From assembly GCA_051294375.1 (NCBI GenBank), contig CM119263.1, positions 26,390,758 to 26,454,757 on the forward strand: 64,000 bases of DNA, given 5' to 3'. Positions within the stretch are counted from its first letter, which is position 1, and every line of letters starts with the position of its first letter. Below are positions 42,435 through 55,872 of the stretch, in pieces. The DNA comes from Paraspadella gotoi (taxonomy: Eukaryota > Animalia > Chaetognatha). The translations under genes were made by a program, and so were the position numbers. The notes beneath the pieces were generated by a model. It was not told the DNA's origin and ran no database searches. It saw nothing but the letters and a program-made list of their open reading frames with translations.

Positions 42435-43349
42435 GAGAATGGGACGAGGAGAAGGATTTTCGAGAAAATGCGGTCTGAGGAGACCAAACACGAAAAGTTT
42501 GAAAACGACTACGTCGAAGACGACGACGACGACGACGACGACGACGGCTAAAGGGATATCCTGTGCAGGACTTTTGTTTCAAAAAGAGTAAAAGATGCAG
42601 AACCGAAGCGATTAAAAATTCATCAAGCTTCCTTCTATTGTTGTGTTACGTGACGATCGAAAGTAAACATTTTTTCGCGCTCCTCATTTTCTCTTTTAAC
42701 TTTATTATTTACTTTTTTTCCAATTCGACAGTCTGCACACCATTATTCTAAGTTCTAACATTCCCTATTCTTTCGATTGACATTCAGCATTCTTTCTTTC
42801 GCACAAGATCCATACTCACATTCACCATTCTAACATTCTCACTTACATCATTCTCACATTCTCCATTCTCTATTCACCATTCTTTCGCTCTCCATTCTCA
42901 CGCTTTTCTGCCCTTCGTTCGTCAATCTGCCTGTTGACCTCGATCCCCTTTGATCTCGCCGACCCAAATTAAAAAGTCAGAAATTCTGATTCACATCAAA
43001 TTCAGTACAGATTAAACGACGTTAAACGACGATAAGTACAGAGGGATAAAAAGCATGAGCTATTCAAGCGTAAAAAAGTTATTATATTTGCTAGAAAAAC
43101 GGAAGAAACCCAAACAACACGTACATTACAATATAATATAAAATATTTATTAAAACATTATACAATACAGAAGCTTATCCCGGAGCCTTACCTCATAGGC
43201 TTACCTCCCACTCACCCACCNNNNNNNNNNNNNNNNNNNNNNNNNCACCCCACCCTTTCTGCTCTGCGCCCAACGCCCGTCGGTCACGTGGAAGAAAATC
43301 GCCGCCACGAATTGATCTTCGCCGCAAACTGACGATAACCACGCCTACT

Positions 43350-43416
<67 letters not shown>

Positions 43417-43545
43417 AGATGATGATGATGATGATGAGAAAATGATTAGCCTTCGTTGCTGCGTGGGCGTCAAAAAAGAAAACTCGTCTCTGGATCTTGC
43501 GATGATCCGTTCTAGTTTTAACTAAAATAAGAAATATAGTATAGT

Positions 43546-45347
43546 ACTAAACCTTGCCATAATGAAAAGTTTGAAATAAAAAAACGAGTATTGTGTAAAA
43601 GGTGCAACATCATATGATATTTTGAACATTTTTTTCAAAAAAAAATTTACAGTAAATGCTGCAACTTTGAAAAAATGAAAAAAATGGTAAAAAATGGACT
43701 TTTTGCTAAATATCTTTAAGCTTAATTGCTAGAGGACGAAACCCAAACTATCTTGTAGAGTGGAAAAAAATTGACTATGTTAACATACCTTGCTTATAAA
43801 TTAAGTTAGTTTTTACTAAGGAAAATTTTTTTAAAACCTATTGTTTGGTCAATTTTTGATAAAATTTTTTAAAAAATGATATTTTTAACAATGTTCGTGA
43901 AATACTTTGTAAAAAAATTATGGCGAATTGAATAAAAAAATAATTTCCTTTGTTTTGCTGAAGAATTTTAAAAAAGGATTATCGGTTAAAAAGTTATAAT
44001 TTTTTAAAATTAAAAAAAATCACTTTTTTTAATAATTATTTTTATTTAATAGGTTTGAACTAGGCTAAAGAAAAAGGGAATGCACTTTTTTTCAGAGTAA
44101 ATAAAAAAATAGTAAATTCTGATTTGACAGGGGTAACTTTAATATTTTGTCTCCCAGGTCATTAAAGTTTTTTTTAATTTTTTATAATTTTATAATGGAA
44201 TTATGACTTTTAAATAAGCGTAGTTTTTTTAATTTTTTTCTATATAAAAGAAAAGAAAAATTGACAAAGCGATTAAATGATTAAAAAATTGATAAAATGA
44301 GACAAAAAGCAACTGAGAGAAGAGTTGCTTGCTGCTTACCAGATCGAGAAAAAAAAATCATCATCTAGAGTGCCAAAGAAAAAAAACTAGTTATTCTATT
44401 TCTTTCATAAATTACCTTTGTCAAGCTTGTTCTCCAGAACTGAGTTGAATTATAATTTGTGTTAAATATTTTGCTTAATCCAAAATGTAAAAGACTTGGA
44501 AAAAAATATAATTAAGCTTGCTTGATAAATTAAGATAGATCCGACTTGTGATAAATTCATCAACTATAAAAGATATGAAATGAATAAAAATCAAGATGAA
44601 TTAAAATTAATTTTTTAAAACTAAATCGACTATTTACAATAGACTTAATTATTAACCATAAATCATGAATAGATAACAAAAAATAGAATAATTAGTTTTC
44701 TTTCTTGGCACTAAACCTTTTTTTTTTTCTCGACCAGCAAGCAGCAAGCAACTGTTTTCTCAGTTATTTACTTTCATTAATTTTACTCTTTTGTCTCATT
44801 TTATCAATTTTTAATCATTTAATCGCTTTTGTCAATTTTTCTTTTTCTTTTATATAAAAAAAATTAAAAAAAACTAACCTTATTTAAAAGTCATAATTTC
44901 CATTATAAAATATAAAAATTAAAAAAAACTTTAATGACCTGGTGAGACAAAATATTAAAGTTACCCATTGTCAAATCAGAATTTACTATTTGTTTTATTT
45001 ACTCTGAAAAAAGTGCATTCCCTTTTTCCCTTTAGCTTAGTTTCAAAACTATTAAATAAAATAATAATAAGAAAAAGTGATTTTTTTAATTTAAAAAATT
45101 ATAACTCTTTAACCGATAATCCTTTTTTTTAAAAATTCTTCAGCCAAAAACAAAGGCAATTTATTTCTTATCAATTCGCCATAATTTTTTTTACGAAATT
45201 TCACGACATTGTGAAAAATATCATTTTTTAAAAATTTTATCAAAAAATTGACCAAAACAATAGGTTTTTAAAAAATTTTCCTTAAGTAAAAAAACTAACT
45301 TAAGTTTATAATGCGAGTATGTAACATAGTCAATTTTTTCCACTCTA
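43546..45347. mobile_element. AT-rich foldback element: ~650-bp inverted arms (43755-44400 / 44681-45347) around a ~280-bp spacer
   Basis: tagagtggaaaaaaattgactatgt at ~43756 mirrors acatagtcaattttttccactcta at ~45324-45347, and the match runs inward to ...aactagttattctatt / aatagaataattagtt. Non-coding. Confidence 0.75.
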
Positions 45348-45349
45348 AG

Positions 45350-45482
45350 AGAGAGATGAAGATGATGATGATGAGAAAATGATTAGCCTTCGTTGCTGCG
45401 GTGGGCGTCAAAAAAGAAAACTCGTCTCTGGATCTTGCGATGATCCGTTCTAGTTTTAACTAAATAAGAAATATAGTATAGT
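45350..45482 (+). repeat. Direct repeat (~135 bp) of 43411-43545 flanking the foldback element
   Basis: gatgatgatgagaaaatgattagccttcgttgctgc...aagaaatatagtatagt is present at both sites. Confidence 0.9.
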
Positions 45483-48156
45483 TATTGTAAAAACTTATGT
45501 AAGGAAATCTTAATAATTATAAATTGTTTTCACTATGTAAAAACTGAAAGGAATGGCCTTTATCTTTAGTGCTTTGAAGGAATTTTAATGGATTGTCCTC
45601 GCTGCACTATTTATCAATATTGGAATATTGCACTATTTTCTATCAGGATCTTTTTTATAGTTATTTTTTGTTCTTTACCAATTTTTTCTTCGCTTTTCAA
45701 GTCTCTCCTAACGCTTTCTTTTTCACGCTATCAATCCTTGTAGAAAATCTTTTGTATTTTCTATGCCTGCGGGGTCGCGCGTTCGAGGCGTCGGCCGTCG
45801 GATGAACAGATTTTGACAAGGAGCAAGGATTTCGTAGTATCTTACTAAATCACGAAGCGTAAAGAAAACGTCGAAAAATGTAGAATAAATTGTGAATTAT
45901 TTGTATTTTTGTAGAGACAAATCCATGGCAAATCAATGAAAAGTCGAAAAAATGTTTGTAATAAATCCTTGGATCCGTAAAAACTACGGTTCCAGACGGC
46001 CGATCTTTTCTTTAAAAATGATTCTGATCGAATAACAAGTGACGAGGTTTTCGGCCGAAAGAAAGCCACAAGAAAGCAACTAGAACGGTGAAAAGATAAG
46101 GTCAGCTAAGGTCAACCTAAATGACTAAAAAAGAATGACCCGACGCGAGGTAACAAAATATCTTACAATCCTGCTTGTTTTGCTTGGCTGCTTTCCTTAG
46201 GTTTTTGGTTTTTTTTTTCACATTCCATCTTGCTTTTGATATTTCACTAACGCTTCGTAAAACATCTGGTGAGTGGACCCTTCTCCTCCCTTNNNNNNNN
46301 NNNNNNNNNNNNNNNNNNNNNNNNNNNNNNNNNNNNNNNNNNNNNNNNNNNNNNNNNNNNNNNNNNNNNNNNNNNNNNNNNNNNNNNNNNNNNNNNNNNN
46401 NNNNNNNNNNNNNNNNNNNNNNNNNNNNNNNNNNNNNNNNNNNNNNNNNNNNNNNNNNNNNNNNNNNNNNNNNNNNNNNNNNTTTTTTTTTTTTTTGTTT
46501 TCGAACAAAAATCCAATCTTTTCTTCCTCCTTGTCCCGTTAGAGGAAAGAAAACGAGGGAAGAAAAAACAGAGAAGGGAAAAAAAAGATAAAAAAGAAAA
46601 CGTAAAAAAAAACAGAAGGAAGAAAAAAGAAAATCTTGCGAAAGGAAAAAAAGAGAAACGTGAGAGAAAAGAGGTCAGAGGAAAGCGACGGTCGTGTTGT
46701 GGTGAGAAATTATTGGCGTAGGCGTCAAGCCGGGCGGACGGGCGGTTGGAGAGGCTGGTTCAAAAATTAAATCCCGGAAATGAGATGCCGTGTTATGTTT
46801 ATGGTATCATGTTATGTTATGTCATGTCACTTATTGTACTATATCTTTCTTTCCATATCATTGATTTATTAATTTAATTTATGGTCATTCTCAATAGGTG
46901 ACGCTTTGTCAAATCTTTTTGCGTCTTTTTTTATTCAACACAAACGTTCATTTACAAATTATTGTACAAGTTATTGACACGCTCTCTCTCTCTCNNNNNN
47001 NNNNNNNNNNNNNNNNNNNNNNNNNNNNNNNNNNNNNNNNNNNNNNNNNNNNNNNNNNNNNNNNNNNNNNNNNNNNNNNNNNNNNNNNNNNNNNNNNNNN
47101 NNNNNNNNNNNNNNNNNNNNNNNNNNNNNNNNNNNNNNNNNNNNNNNNNCGTCGTCGTCTTCGTCGCCCTTCTTGACAGTTGAGACGAATCGAGCCATGA
47201 AGGGTTAAGCGCGGGTTCTTAGAGATCGAGCATCGACGCCAACTCGACAGTCTGCAACGCGTCATCTGGGAAGCAATGAGAGAATTATTCTCGCAAGACT
47301 CTTCAATTCTTCATACTGTCACTGAAGTTATATACTGATTTAAAGCTGACCGGGTTTTGCCCTCTTTCGTCTTCACTCGAGACTTTCCGTTCATATTTGA
47401 ACGGACAAGGCTGCATTGGAAAACGTCTTCGGTGTAGTGCGACGACAATCTTATTTCGACCTTAACGGTCCATGAGATGTATTGTACTAAATGTATCGGT
47501 TCCTAATGTCAAATATTGCTCTTGGGTCCTGAAAGAAAATAGTTTCGTCAAGTGCAACCTCTATTTATCATTTCCGTTCTTAACCAATTTGTCAAAGTAT
47601 TCAACTGAATGAGTTTTGACTTTCGGGGTTCAATAATTTGGACATCTCGGTAAAGGACAGCATTTTCAATTGTTATCATCAAAAGATGTAACACCGACGG
47701 AGGAAGAAAATTGTTACTTTACCTTCATACTAATTTGTCCTAGTTGGCTGCCACGCTTGCTATCACTCTCCCCAAGTCATTACCTATTTCTCCATACAAG
47801 TTGGATATTTGACACTACATTTTTACCTTACTCGTCAGCGTCTTCCCTTTTGCCACCCTTGCCACCTCTACAACCCCCGTCACTTCTGCCACCCTTGCCA
47901 GTTGCCACCCTTGCCACTTCAACCACATCAGCCATCTTCTTTTTCCCTCGAACAAGGCAACGACGCTAATGGGGTCTTACGACGTCGAGCGATTCCGAGA
48001 AAAAAGGGAAAAAGAAAGAAAAGGAAAAAAGAGAGAAAAAAAAACATAAAAAAGGAAAAAAAGGGAATCAACGTGAGTTCGCGGTGGAATTAACGGGGAT
48101 CGATTTCGGTGAAAGGGAAGTGCAATCACGGAAATAAAGAAGGAAAGAAAGTGAAA

Positions 48157-48157
<1 letters not shown>

Positions 48158-48252
<95 letters not shown>
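48158..48252. repeat. (GAAA)n microsatellite
   Basis: Pure tetranucleotide run. Confidence 0.95.
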
Positions 48253-48335
48253 AAAAAAAAGAAAGAGATAAAAACATAAAGAAAAAAGAAAAAAAGAAAG
48301 AAAGTAAAAAAATCAAGCAAACAAGCAAGAATTAC

Positions 48336-48394
48336 CTGCTCTCTTCATGTTCATCGTATGCAATGTCACTATAATCGCTATCATCCTCACGTCG
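48336..48394 (-). CDS. Candidate small exon of an unresolved minus-strand gene
   Basis: cttacaag|CGA...AGCAG|gtaat, reading RREDDSDYSDIAYDEHEES. Other exon-like minus-strand pieces lie at ~50302-50517 and ~47830-47935. Confidence 0.3.
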
Positions 48395-51300
48395 CTTGTA
48401 AGATCAGGAAATTCAAATTGAAATAGACATCGTTCATTTCTCTAAACAATAAAAAAGGTTTTTCTTCCTTCCATGAGAAAGAAAAACTTTTTATTGTCTA
48501 TTATCTTAACATTACATAACTAAAAGAAGCTAAAAAAAATTTCAATCGAAACCGGCGACTAATGCTCGACGTCACGACGCGATCAAATTAATTAAATCTA
48601 GAGTAGAACTACTATGAGGCTGTCGAGGCTCGGCTAAATAATTGGAAGAGTCGCTCGGTCAGAATTGCCCCGTGGAATCTGGGTTAAGTTTTGAGGAGGT
48701 GGAGACGGAAGGGCGAAGAGCAAAGCGGTTCTAATCGACTCGGCCGGAGTTCAATCGGGTCTGTGAAAAAATTGGAGGGTGAGGGGAGTTTCGAAACAAA
48801 TGGGTAAGTGGAAATAGTGACATATTGAAATAGATTGGTTATAAAAAAGCAGGGTCCTGCTATATTATTAACTTGAAAGTGTGATGGAGGCCTTAAAGTT
48901 AAACCAGTCGGGGGCAAGATAGCTTATTCATTAAAAGAATGGATAATTCATTTTCATATTGGTTGTAACAATCTCATATTCAAAACGTGTTCAAATTACG
49001 TGGTGAAAAGAAAAGGCTCCTTTTTTGGGATGGTAACGACGGAGCGGTGAAAGGGAAGGGCGATGGGGGGGCGGCGAGGGGGGGGGGGGGCGAAGGGGGG
49101 GAGAGAAATGGTGGTTAGGAAAGGAAAGATTCGTGGATTGATTAACTCGATTACCGACGAGGGCGATTTTCCCATCACCGTCTAATCCAATTGTTCGAGG
49201 AAACCGGGTCAAAACGAATGTCGGGGAGAAAGGGAGGAGATGGGGGCGAGGGGTCGAGATAAGAAGATGGCTCGAGGAGAAAAGGGAAAGGAGAATATAG
49301 AAGAGGTAATAGGTTTAAAAGGCCTAAGAGGGGGGAAAAAGACTGAAGAAAGTAACACGAAAAGGTTTAAATGGTTTAAAAACAGATGGAAGCAACAGAA
49401 AAAGATTTAAAAAAAAATAAAGTAACAAGTTAAAAAAGGTTTAAAAGACTGAAGAAAATGACAAGAAAAGGGTTTTAAAGCCATGAGGTAACAGAAAAAG
49501 GTTTAAATGGTTTAAAAGGTTTAAAAGATAGAAAGAGGTAACAGGAAAACGGAAAAAGAGAAAAGGAAAACATGGGAAAGAAAAGGTAAAAGAAAAAAAG
49601 TTGAGGAGGATAACGAAAAAAATAGAATATCAGTCGATGATGGAGAAAACGGGGGCAAAATATCTTGATGGAGAATCGTGACTCGTGTGAGGAAAATCTG
49701 AAACAGAGAGAAGAAAAAAAGAGATAAATGCTACTTTATTTAAGGTAAGAGGATGTAGAAGGGAGAGAGAGAAAGATGGCGCTCGAGACTGTCTCACCGA
49801 ATTCGGTTAAGAAAGAAAGAGAAAAGTGAGTGGATGAGTATCGAGGGAAAGAAAAAGAAAGAAAAATGAAAATGTAGGTGGAACGTAAAAGCGATTGAAT
49901 TATTTATTTTTACGTTTCCTTCTCTTCTTTATTTTTTTTTCACCTCCTTTCTTTATCTACCTTTATTTTTTTCTTCTTCTTTATTTTCTTATCAGTGACC
50001 AATGTTATTGCAATGAAGGGACGAGCGAGGGTCAGAAATCGGCGGTGGAAATTGCTGACCGGAATAGAGAAAAACGTTTTATATTTAAAGTCGAAATCGT
50101 TGTTGTTTTTATTTTTTGCTTAGTTTTTTTTAAGTAAAAGAAGTTACTAAGACGAGTTGAATTGATTATAAGTAAAAAAAACATTTACAAAACCTTAGAT
50201 ACAAAGAGGCGCGTACAAAAGACAGGAGCAGAAAATAAGAGAGAGAGAGAGAAGAGCAGTGTGGAGAGAGAGAGAGAGTGAAAGAGGGTGAGCGACTCGA
50301 CTCAATTTCCGAGTCGTGGTTTTTCTTTTGCTCCTGAATTAATGGGTTGTTGTAGTTGTTGTAGTTGCTTCTGTTTTGGCCTCAGGTTAGACTCAGACTT
50401 CGACTCCTTCGCTTCGCTTCTCTTTTTCCTCTTTCCCTTTTTTCTCTTCCTTTTTCTTTTCTTCTTTCCATTTCGTTTTTCTCTATTTCTTCTTTCCGCA
50501 TTTACAGGGTCTTCCATCTGGACTAATACGAAAAGATAAAAAAAGATCAAAATAAAGAGCATTTGGGTTATAAAATTGTTTCGTATTAATAGAGAAATAC
50601 TCTTTCTACCAACTCGTAATATTCTTGCTAGGATAGTTGATATGTTATAAATATTTTTCTCAGAGGGTAAATTTCTGAAAAAGCATTTTTTATAAATTTG
50701 TACTCTGAAAGTGGATCTTATTATCAATCCTTTAGTTCCCATTAAAACAATTAATTTTTTTCATGTTTCATTTTTATGATTAATAAGATACTGTATTAAA
50801 TGTATCACGGGCAAGAATAATTTCTTTTTATAATATGAATAATACTAGATAATAATCATCATATTTTCCCTTTAAAATCTATTAAAAATAATTTCAGCTT
50901 TGGGAAAAAAATATTATGAAAGATGACTTTGTTGATAACTAATAGTTACTATAGTAAATAAGTTAGGTTTTACATGAGAATTCTTTTTTATAATAACAAA
51001 TTACCAAATTAACTTTTTATCAGAATTTTTTTTTATTTTTATGCTAGATAACTTTACAATCAGCGTTATTACTTGTTAAATTATTAAAATCTGTTAAAAT
51101 TTGGACGAAAAAATGAAGAAAAGTGACTCTGCGCTTGAGAACTTTGAAGATTTTTTAGGTCAATATTAAAGAAAAGTAGTTTTCTAGCTAATAAATATTA
51201 CAAAAATAATATACAGTAAGAGAGTTACGAGTTTAATCAAATCTTTTCGTATCAGTCTAGATTCAAGACCCTGTATGTCATTACTTTTCTCACCGTTTGT

Positions 51301-51894
51301 TCCTCTGGACCTCCTTTAAAATTCCCGGTTACACTCTTATACTTAAACTGACCCCGTTTCATTTTCCCCTCTTTAATTCTCCATTTTTCTGTTCTTAATA
51401 CCTCCTCAATATTTTCCTCCTTCCTTTTATCCCCTCCTCTATCCCTATTTTGTTTTGTTTTCATTTTTCCCCGTTTTTTGTTTTTCCATTTCCACATGAC
51501 TTTTTCTTAAACTTTTTTTACCTTGACTCTTGTAAATAGTTTTCAACAAAGTTTTATTTTACTTTTACATATTTTTTTCCCAAAGGTGAGACCCACTTTG
51601 GCCTAAGATCTGATCCCTCCTCATTTTTCTCCTTTTTCCAACTCCATGACTTTTTCTTGTTTCGACGCATCGGATTTTCATGGCGCCCAATTTTCGTATT
51701 ATTGACTCCTCGACAAAGCCTTGTTTCTTTCTCCAAAGCTAGTCTCTCTCTCTCTCTCTCTCTTTCTCTTCTCTTCTTCTCTTCTCTTCTCTCTTCTTTC
51801 TGTGTCTTTCCGGTGAACCGCGAACCATTCATTTCACAACCAGAGCGAGACTTTCTCCCCATTAAACCTTAGCTTCAGAAAGTGCGTTTGTCGC

Positions 51895-51963
<69 letters not shown>

Positions 51964-53460
51964 TCTCTCTCTCGTCTCTCTGCTCTCTGCTCTCGTTTTT
52001 TCTCTCTGACGGTGTTTACGTTTCGATGAGGCCGCTTAGCGTAATTGCACTTTCCACTCGAGGTTCCGATCCATCAGCCTTACCTAAACTTACTTTTCTT
52101 CCTCGCCGTGCTTAACTCCGTTGAGTCGTTTTGAGCATTAGTTCAAGTTCAACGTCCGTTTCGAGCGTCACGTTCGAATCTGTCTCTCGTTGCTAGGCGA
52201 TGGGGGACGCGATGAAGAAAACGACTGAACGTTTCTTTGACTTGTCAAAAGGCGATATGGATTAGCGCTGCTTCATAACGTCATCATGACACCACTGTAT
52301 TATTGTGTCATTGCCATGTATCTTACATTTTCTCGTTAATAATAAAAAATCACATTTTTCTTCAAAGTCACATTGACAATAACAAGACTCAAGAGCGACA
52401 TCATGACTCATCATGACTCAGCCTGAAATGTGATCATTGATTTCTTTAGATAAACAACTATCTCACGAAATCGTCTTCAATTGAAACGAATCTTCTACAA
52501 ACTAAAACACTGTTCTCTGTGCAATGATACGATTTCCAATTTCCAGCTGATTTCATTGTCTATTACTTTGTTCCCATAGCCAAATCTAATATCATTGCCG
52601 TCAGCGACTTTGGCGTCGCTTCTGTCAGCAAAAAACTGATCTCCGCCAGGAAATGGCATTTGCCAAAATCGGGCGAAATCTTTGGCCTCACTCGTCGTAT
52701 GCTCTCGCCCACGAGAAACTTTGTCTGTCTGTCTGTCTGTCTGTCAGTTTCCTCTCTCTCTCTCCACTCCTCGTCGTCTCATTCTCCTCTCTTCCCTCAT
52801 CTCTCTTCATCTCTCTCTCTCTCTCTCCCGCTCCTCTCCGTCTCTCTCTCTCTTCACGCTCTCTCTCCTCTGCTTTCTCTCCCTACTTCTTACTTCGTGC
52901 GCGACGCTTTCTTTCAGAATAGTCGTCCTTCGTTCAAACTTGTTCCCGCCTCCCAAAAAAAAAATCCGGATTCTCCGACGATTTTTCACTTTTGTTCCGA
53001 CTTTTGTCGCCGACGCGGTCTCTCAAGGCATAAATCCAAACGCTCACATCACCCTCAACCCGGTCCCTCCTCCCCGTCAGCCATCTGTCCGCTCGTAATA
53101 CCGTGAGCCGATTTTCTACCCCCAACCAGCCCAACACTCATCTCTCTCTCTTCTCTCTCTCTCCTCTCTTCTCTCTCCTCTCTCCTCCTCTCTCTCTCTA
53201 TCCTGCTCTCATCTCTCTCTCACCCTCCTTTACTTACCTCTCCATCTGCACACATCCTCGTCTCTCTCCTCTCTCGTCTTTCCATCCCTTTTATTCGCTT
53301 CGAAAGAGAGCTCCACGATTCTACGTCGAGGACAGTCACGCAGAGTGAGAGAGATCTATCATGATTTTATGATCACGAGTCGGTGTCACAAATGACAGAC
53401 TGTTGAGGCGACTATATACGGCGGGATTATTCCTTTATTCCCTTGTTTTTCCTGTTTTGT

Positions 53461-54005
53461 TTTTTCTCCCGTTGAAAGAAATAAGGCCCGTGTGGCTCCG
53501 ACGTTGTAACTCACAAAGAGGAGATAAAGTTTAAAATTATATTTTTTCTCCCATCTTATTTTAGGCTAGTAAAATTACGCACCCATTAATTATACAATCA
53601 TAGGATATTATTTTTCTCCGTCCATTGAAAATAAGGACCCGTGGTCGAAACGTTGTATTACAAAGAAGATAAGTTTAAAATTACTTTTTTCTCTCAATTT
53701 AGGCGAGTAAAATCACACGCTACTATTATACATCATATATCATTTTTCTCCCATTGAAAAATAAGGACCCGTGGTCCAACGTTGTACTTACAAAAAGAGT
53801 TAAGTTTAATATACTTTTTCTTCTAATTATAGGCTAGTAAAATTCGGCTACTATTATACATCATATATCATCTTTTTTCTCCCATTGAAATAATGGGACC
53901 CGTGGTCCAACGTTGTACTTACAAAGAGAGTTAAGTTTAAATATACTTTGTCTTTTTCTTCAATTTAGGCCTAGTAAAAATCACGTACTGAACTACATAC
54001 ATATA
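53461..54005. repeat. ~130-bp tandem repeat, 4 copies
   Basis: Units start at ~53461, 53611, 53743 and 53875: tttttctcccattgaaaataaggacccgtggtccaacgttgtacttacaaagagagttaagtttaa...taggctagtaaaat... Confidence 0.85.
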
Positions 54006-54504
54006 TCGGTTACGATTGTAATTTGAAAAACTAGAACTCAAAAATTTTTCTGACCGACCAAAGAACATAAACAAAAATATATTGACCGACGGTGGAGCGA
54101 TCGGACAGACCCCTTTTTTATTTTTCGGGCAACCGACGCCCTCCGGTTCAAGTCAAGGCACGAGCGGCGTTTCTTATTCTCGCCACCAGGGCGCACTTTT
54201 TTCTCTTTGTTCCTTTTTTTCCTCTCCAGCGCGACGAACGTTATTTATGAGGGAAAAGAGAAAAAAAAAAAACTTTCCTTTATTTTTTTCATTTATGCAT
54301 TAATGGGTTTTTTTTTTTTCCATCCAGGGAAGGAAGTTTTTATTTCAAAACTTTTCTCCCCTCATATTTTTTCACTCTTTTTTCGTTTTGTGTTTTTTTT
54401 TTTATTATCTTTTTTTTTTTTTATGGTCTTCATGGGATTTTTAATTCGGAAAAAATTATTAGTAATTCTTTCTTGTGGAGGCGAAAAAACTCGATATCCT
54501 CCCC

Positions 54505-55012
54505 GGGGAAGGGATAAAGGGAGGAATGAGGTCATTTGAGTGTTAGGGGAAAGGGGCCGGGCAAAGTGGGAGGGGAATTGGGGGGGAAGGGATAAAGGGA
54601 GGAATGAGGTGGCATTTGGGTGTTAGGGGAAAGGGGCCGGGCAAAGTGGGTGGAGAATTGGGGGGAAGGGATAAGGGAGGATGAGGTGCATTTGGGTGTT
54701 TAGGGAGAAGGCCGGGCAAGTGGGAGAGGGAATTGGGGGAAGGGATAAAGGGAGGAATGAGGTGCAACTTGGGTGTTAGGGGAAAGGGGCGGGCAAAGTA
54801 GGAGGGGAATTGGGGGAGGGATTAAAGGGGGAGGAATGAGGTGCATTTGGGGGTAGCGGAAAGGGGGCGGCAAAGTGGGAGGGGAATTGGGGGAAGGGAT
54901 AAAGGGAGGAATGATGCATTATGGGGTTAGGGGGAATGGGGGCGGGCAAGGTGGGAGGGGAATTGGTTTGGGGGTTGGGAGAAAGAGGGCGGGCAAAGCG
55001 GAAGGGGAATTG
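54505..55012. repeat. G-rich ~76-bp minisatellite (~6.5 copies)
   Basis: Unit ggggaagggataaagggaggaatgaggtgcatttgggtgttaggggaaaggggccgggcaaagtgggaggggaattg. Confidence 0.9.
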
Positions 55013-55746
55013 GTTGGTTATGTTGAAAAGTGGTTATGAAAAGNNNNNNNNNNNNNNNNNNNNNNNNNAGTTGAAAAGTGGTTATGAAAAGGCAAAAAAG
55101 GAAATAAGAATTATAGAAGGAAATGTTTAAGAGACAAGTTAAGGGAAAGGTGAGTAAAAGAAAAGAATTATAAGAAAGTAAAACAAGCGCCATCTTGCAT
55201 TGAAACTTGTCCCACATGGAACCAGATATTTGCGTCACCTATGACGCCATTCCGTTCACCCTTCACGTGTCAACCTCATCCAGCGCTTCGTCACCTGATC
55301 CTTCTTGATCGATATGTTATTGTAATTATCGTTCGCTTTGAAAATAGGATTGTGTGGCGAATCCTAAATTTTGTATTTCGATCAAGACGTATCAGGATTC
55401 TTAATTATAGAGTTTAAAAAGTAAGATTTTCTTAGAGGAGCTGAGATAAAGTTTAAACTATCAAAAGTGTTTTCTCTTCACCTCAGGCACATTTTGTCAC
55501 AGAAGACGTCTTTTTTTTATTCTCAAAGTTTAAAAAAAAAATTGGAGGAAGCAAATTTTTGAGTTAAAAAAGTTATAATATTACATCATCTAACAATTAG
55601 TTATATACCTAATGTTATTTTCTCATGATTTACCGGAGGCGTCTCCCGTTTATTGTGTTCTTTAAACTGCGATATCACAACGGAGCGCACGACCTCCTTC
55701 CTTAACATTTCCGGTTTCTTTCGAATGCCCAAGAGGGAGAGTACGA

Positions 55747-55872
<126 letters not shown>

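Noticed and set aside
55022-55092. Short direct repeat around a 25-N gap
   Set aside because: Overlapping contig ends left by scaffolding.
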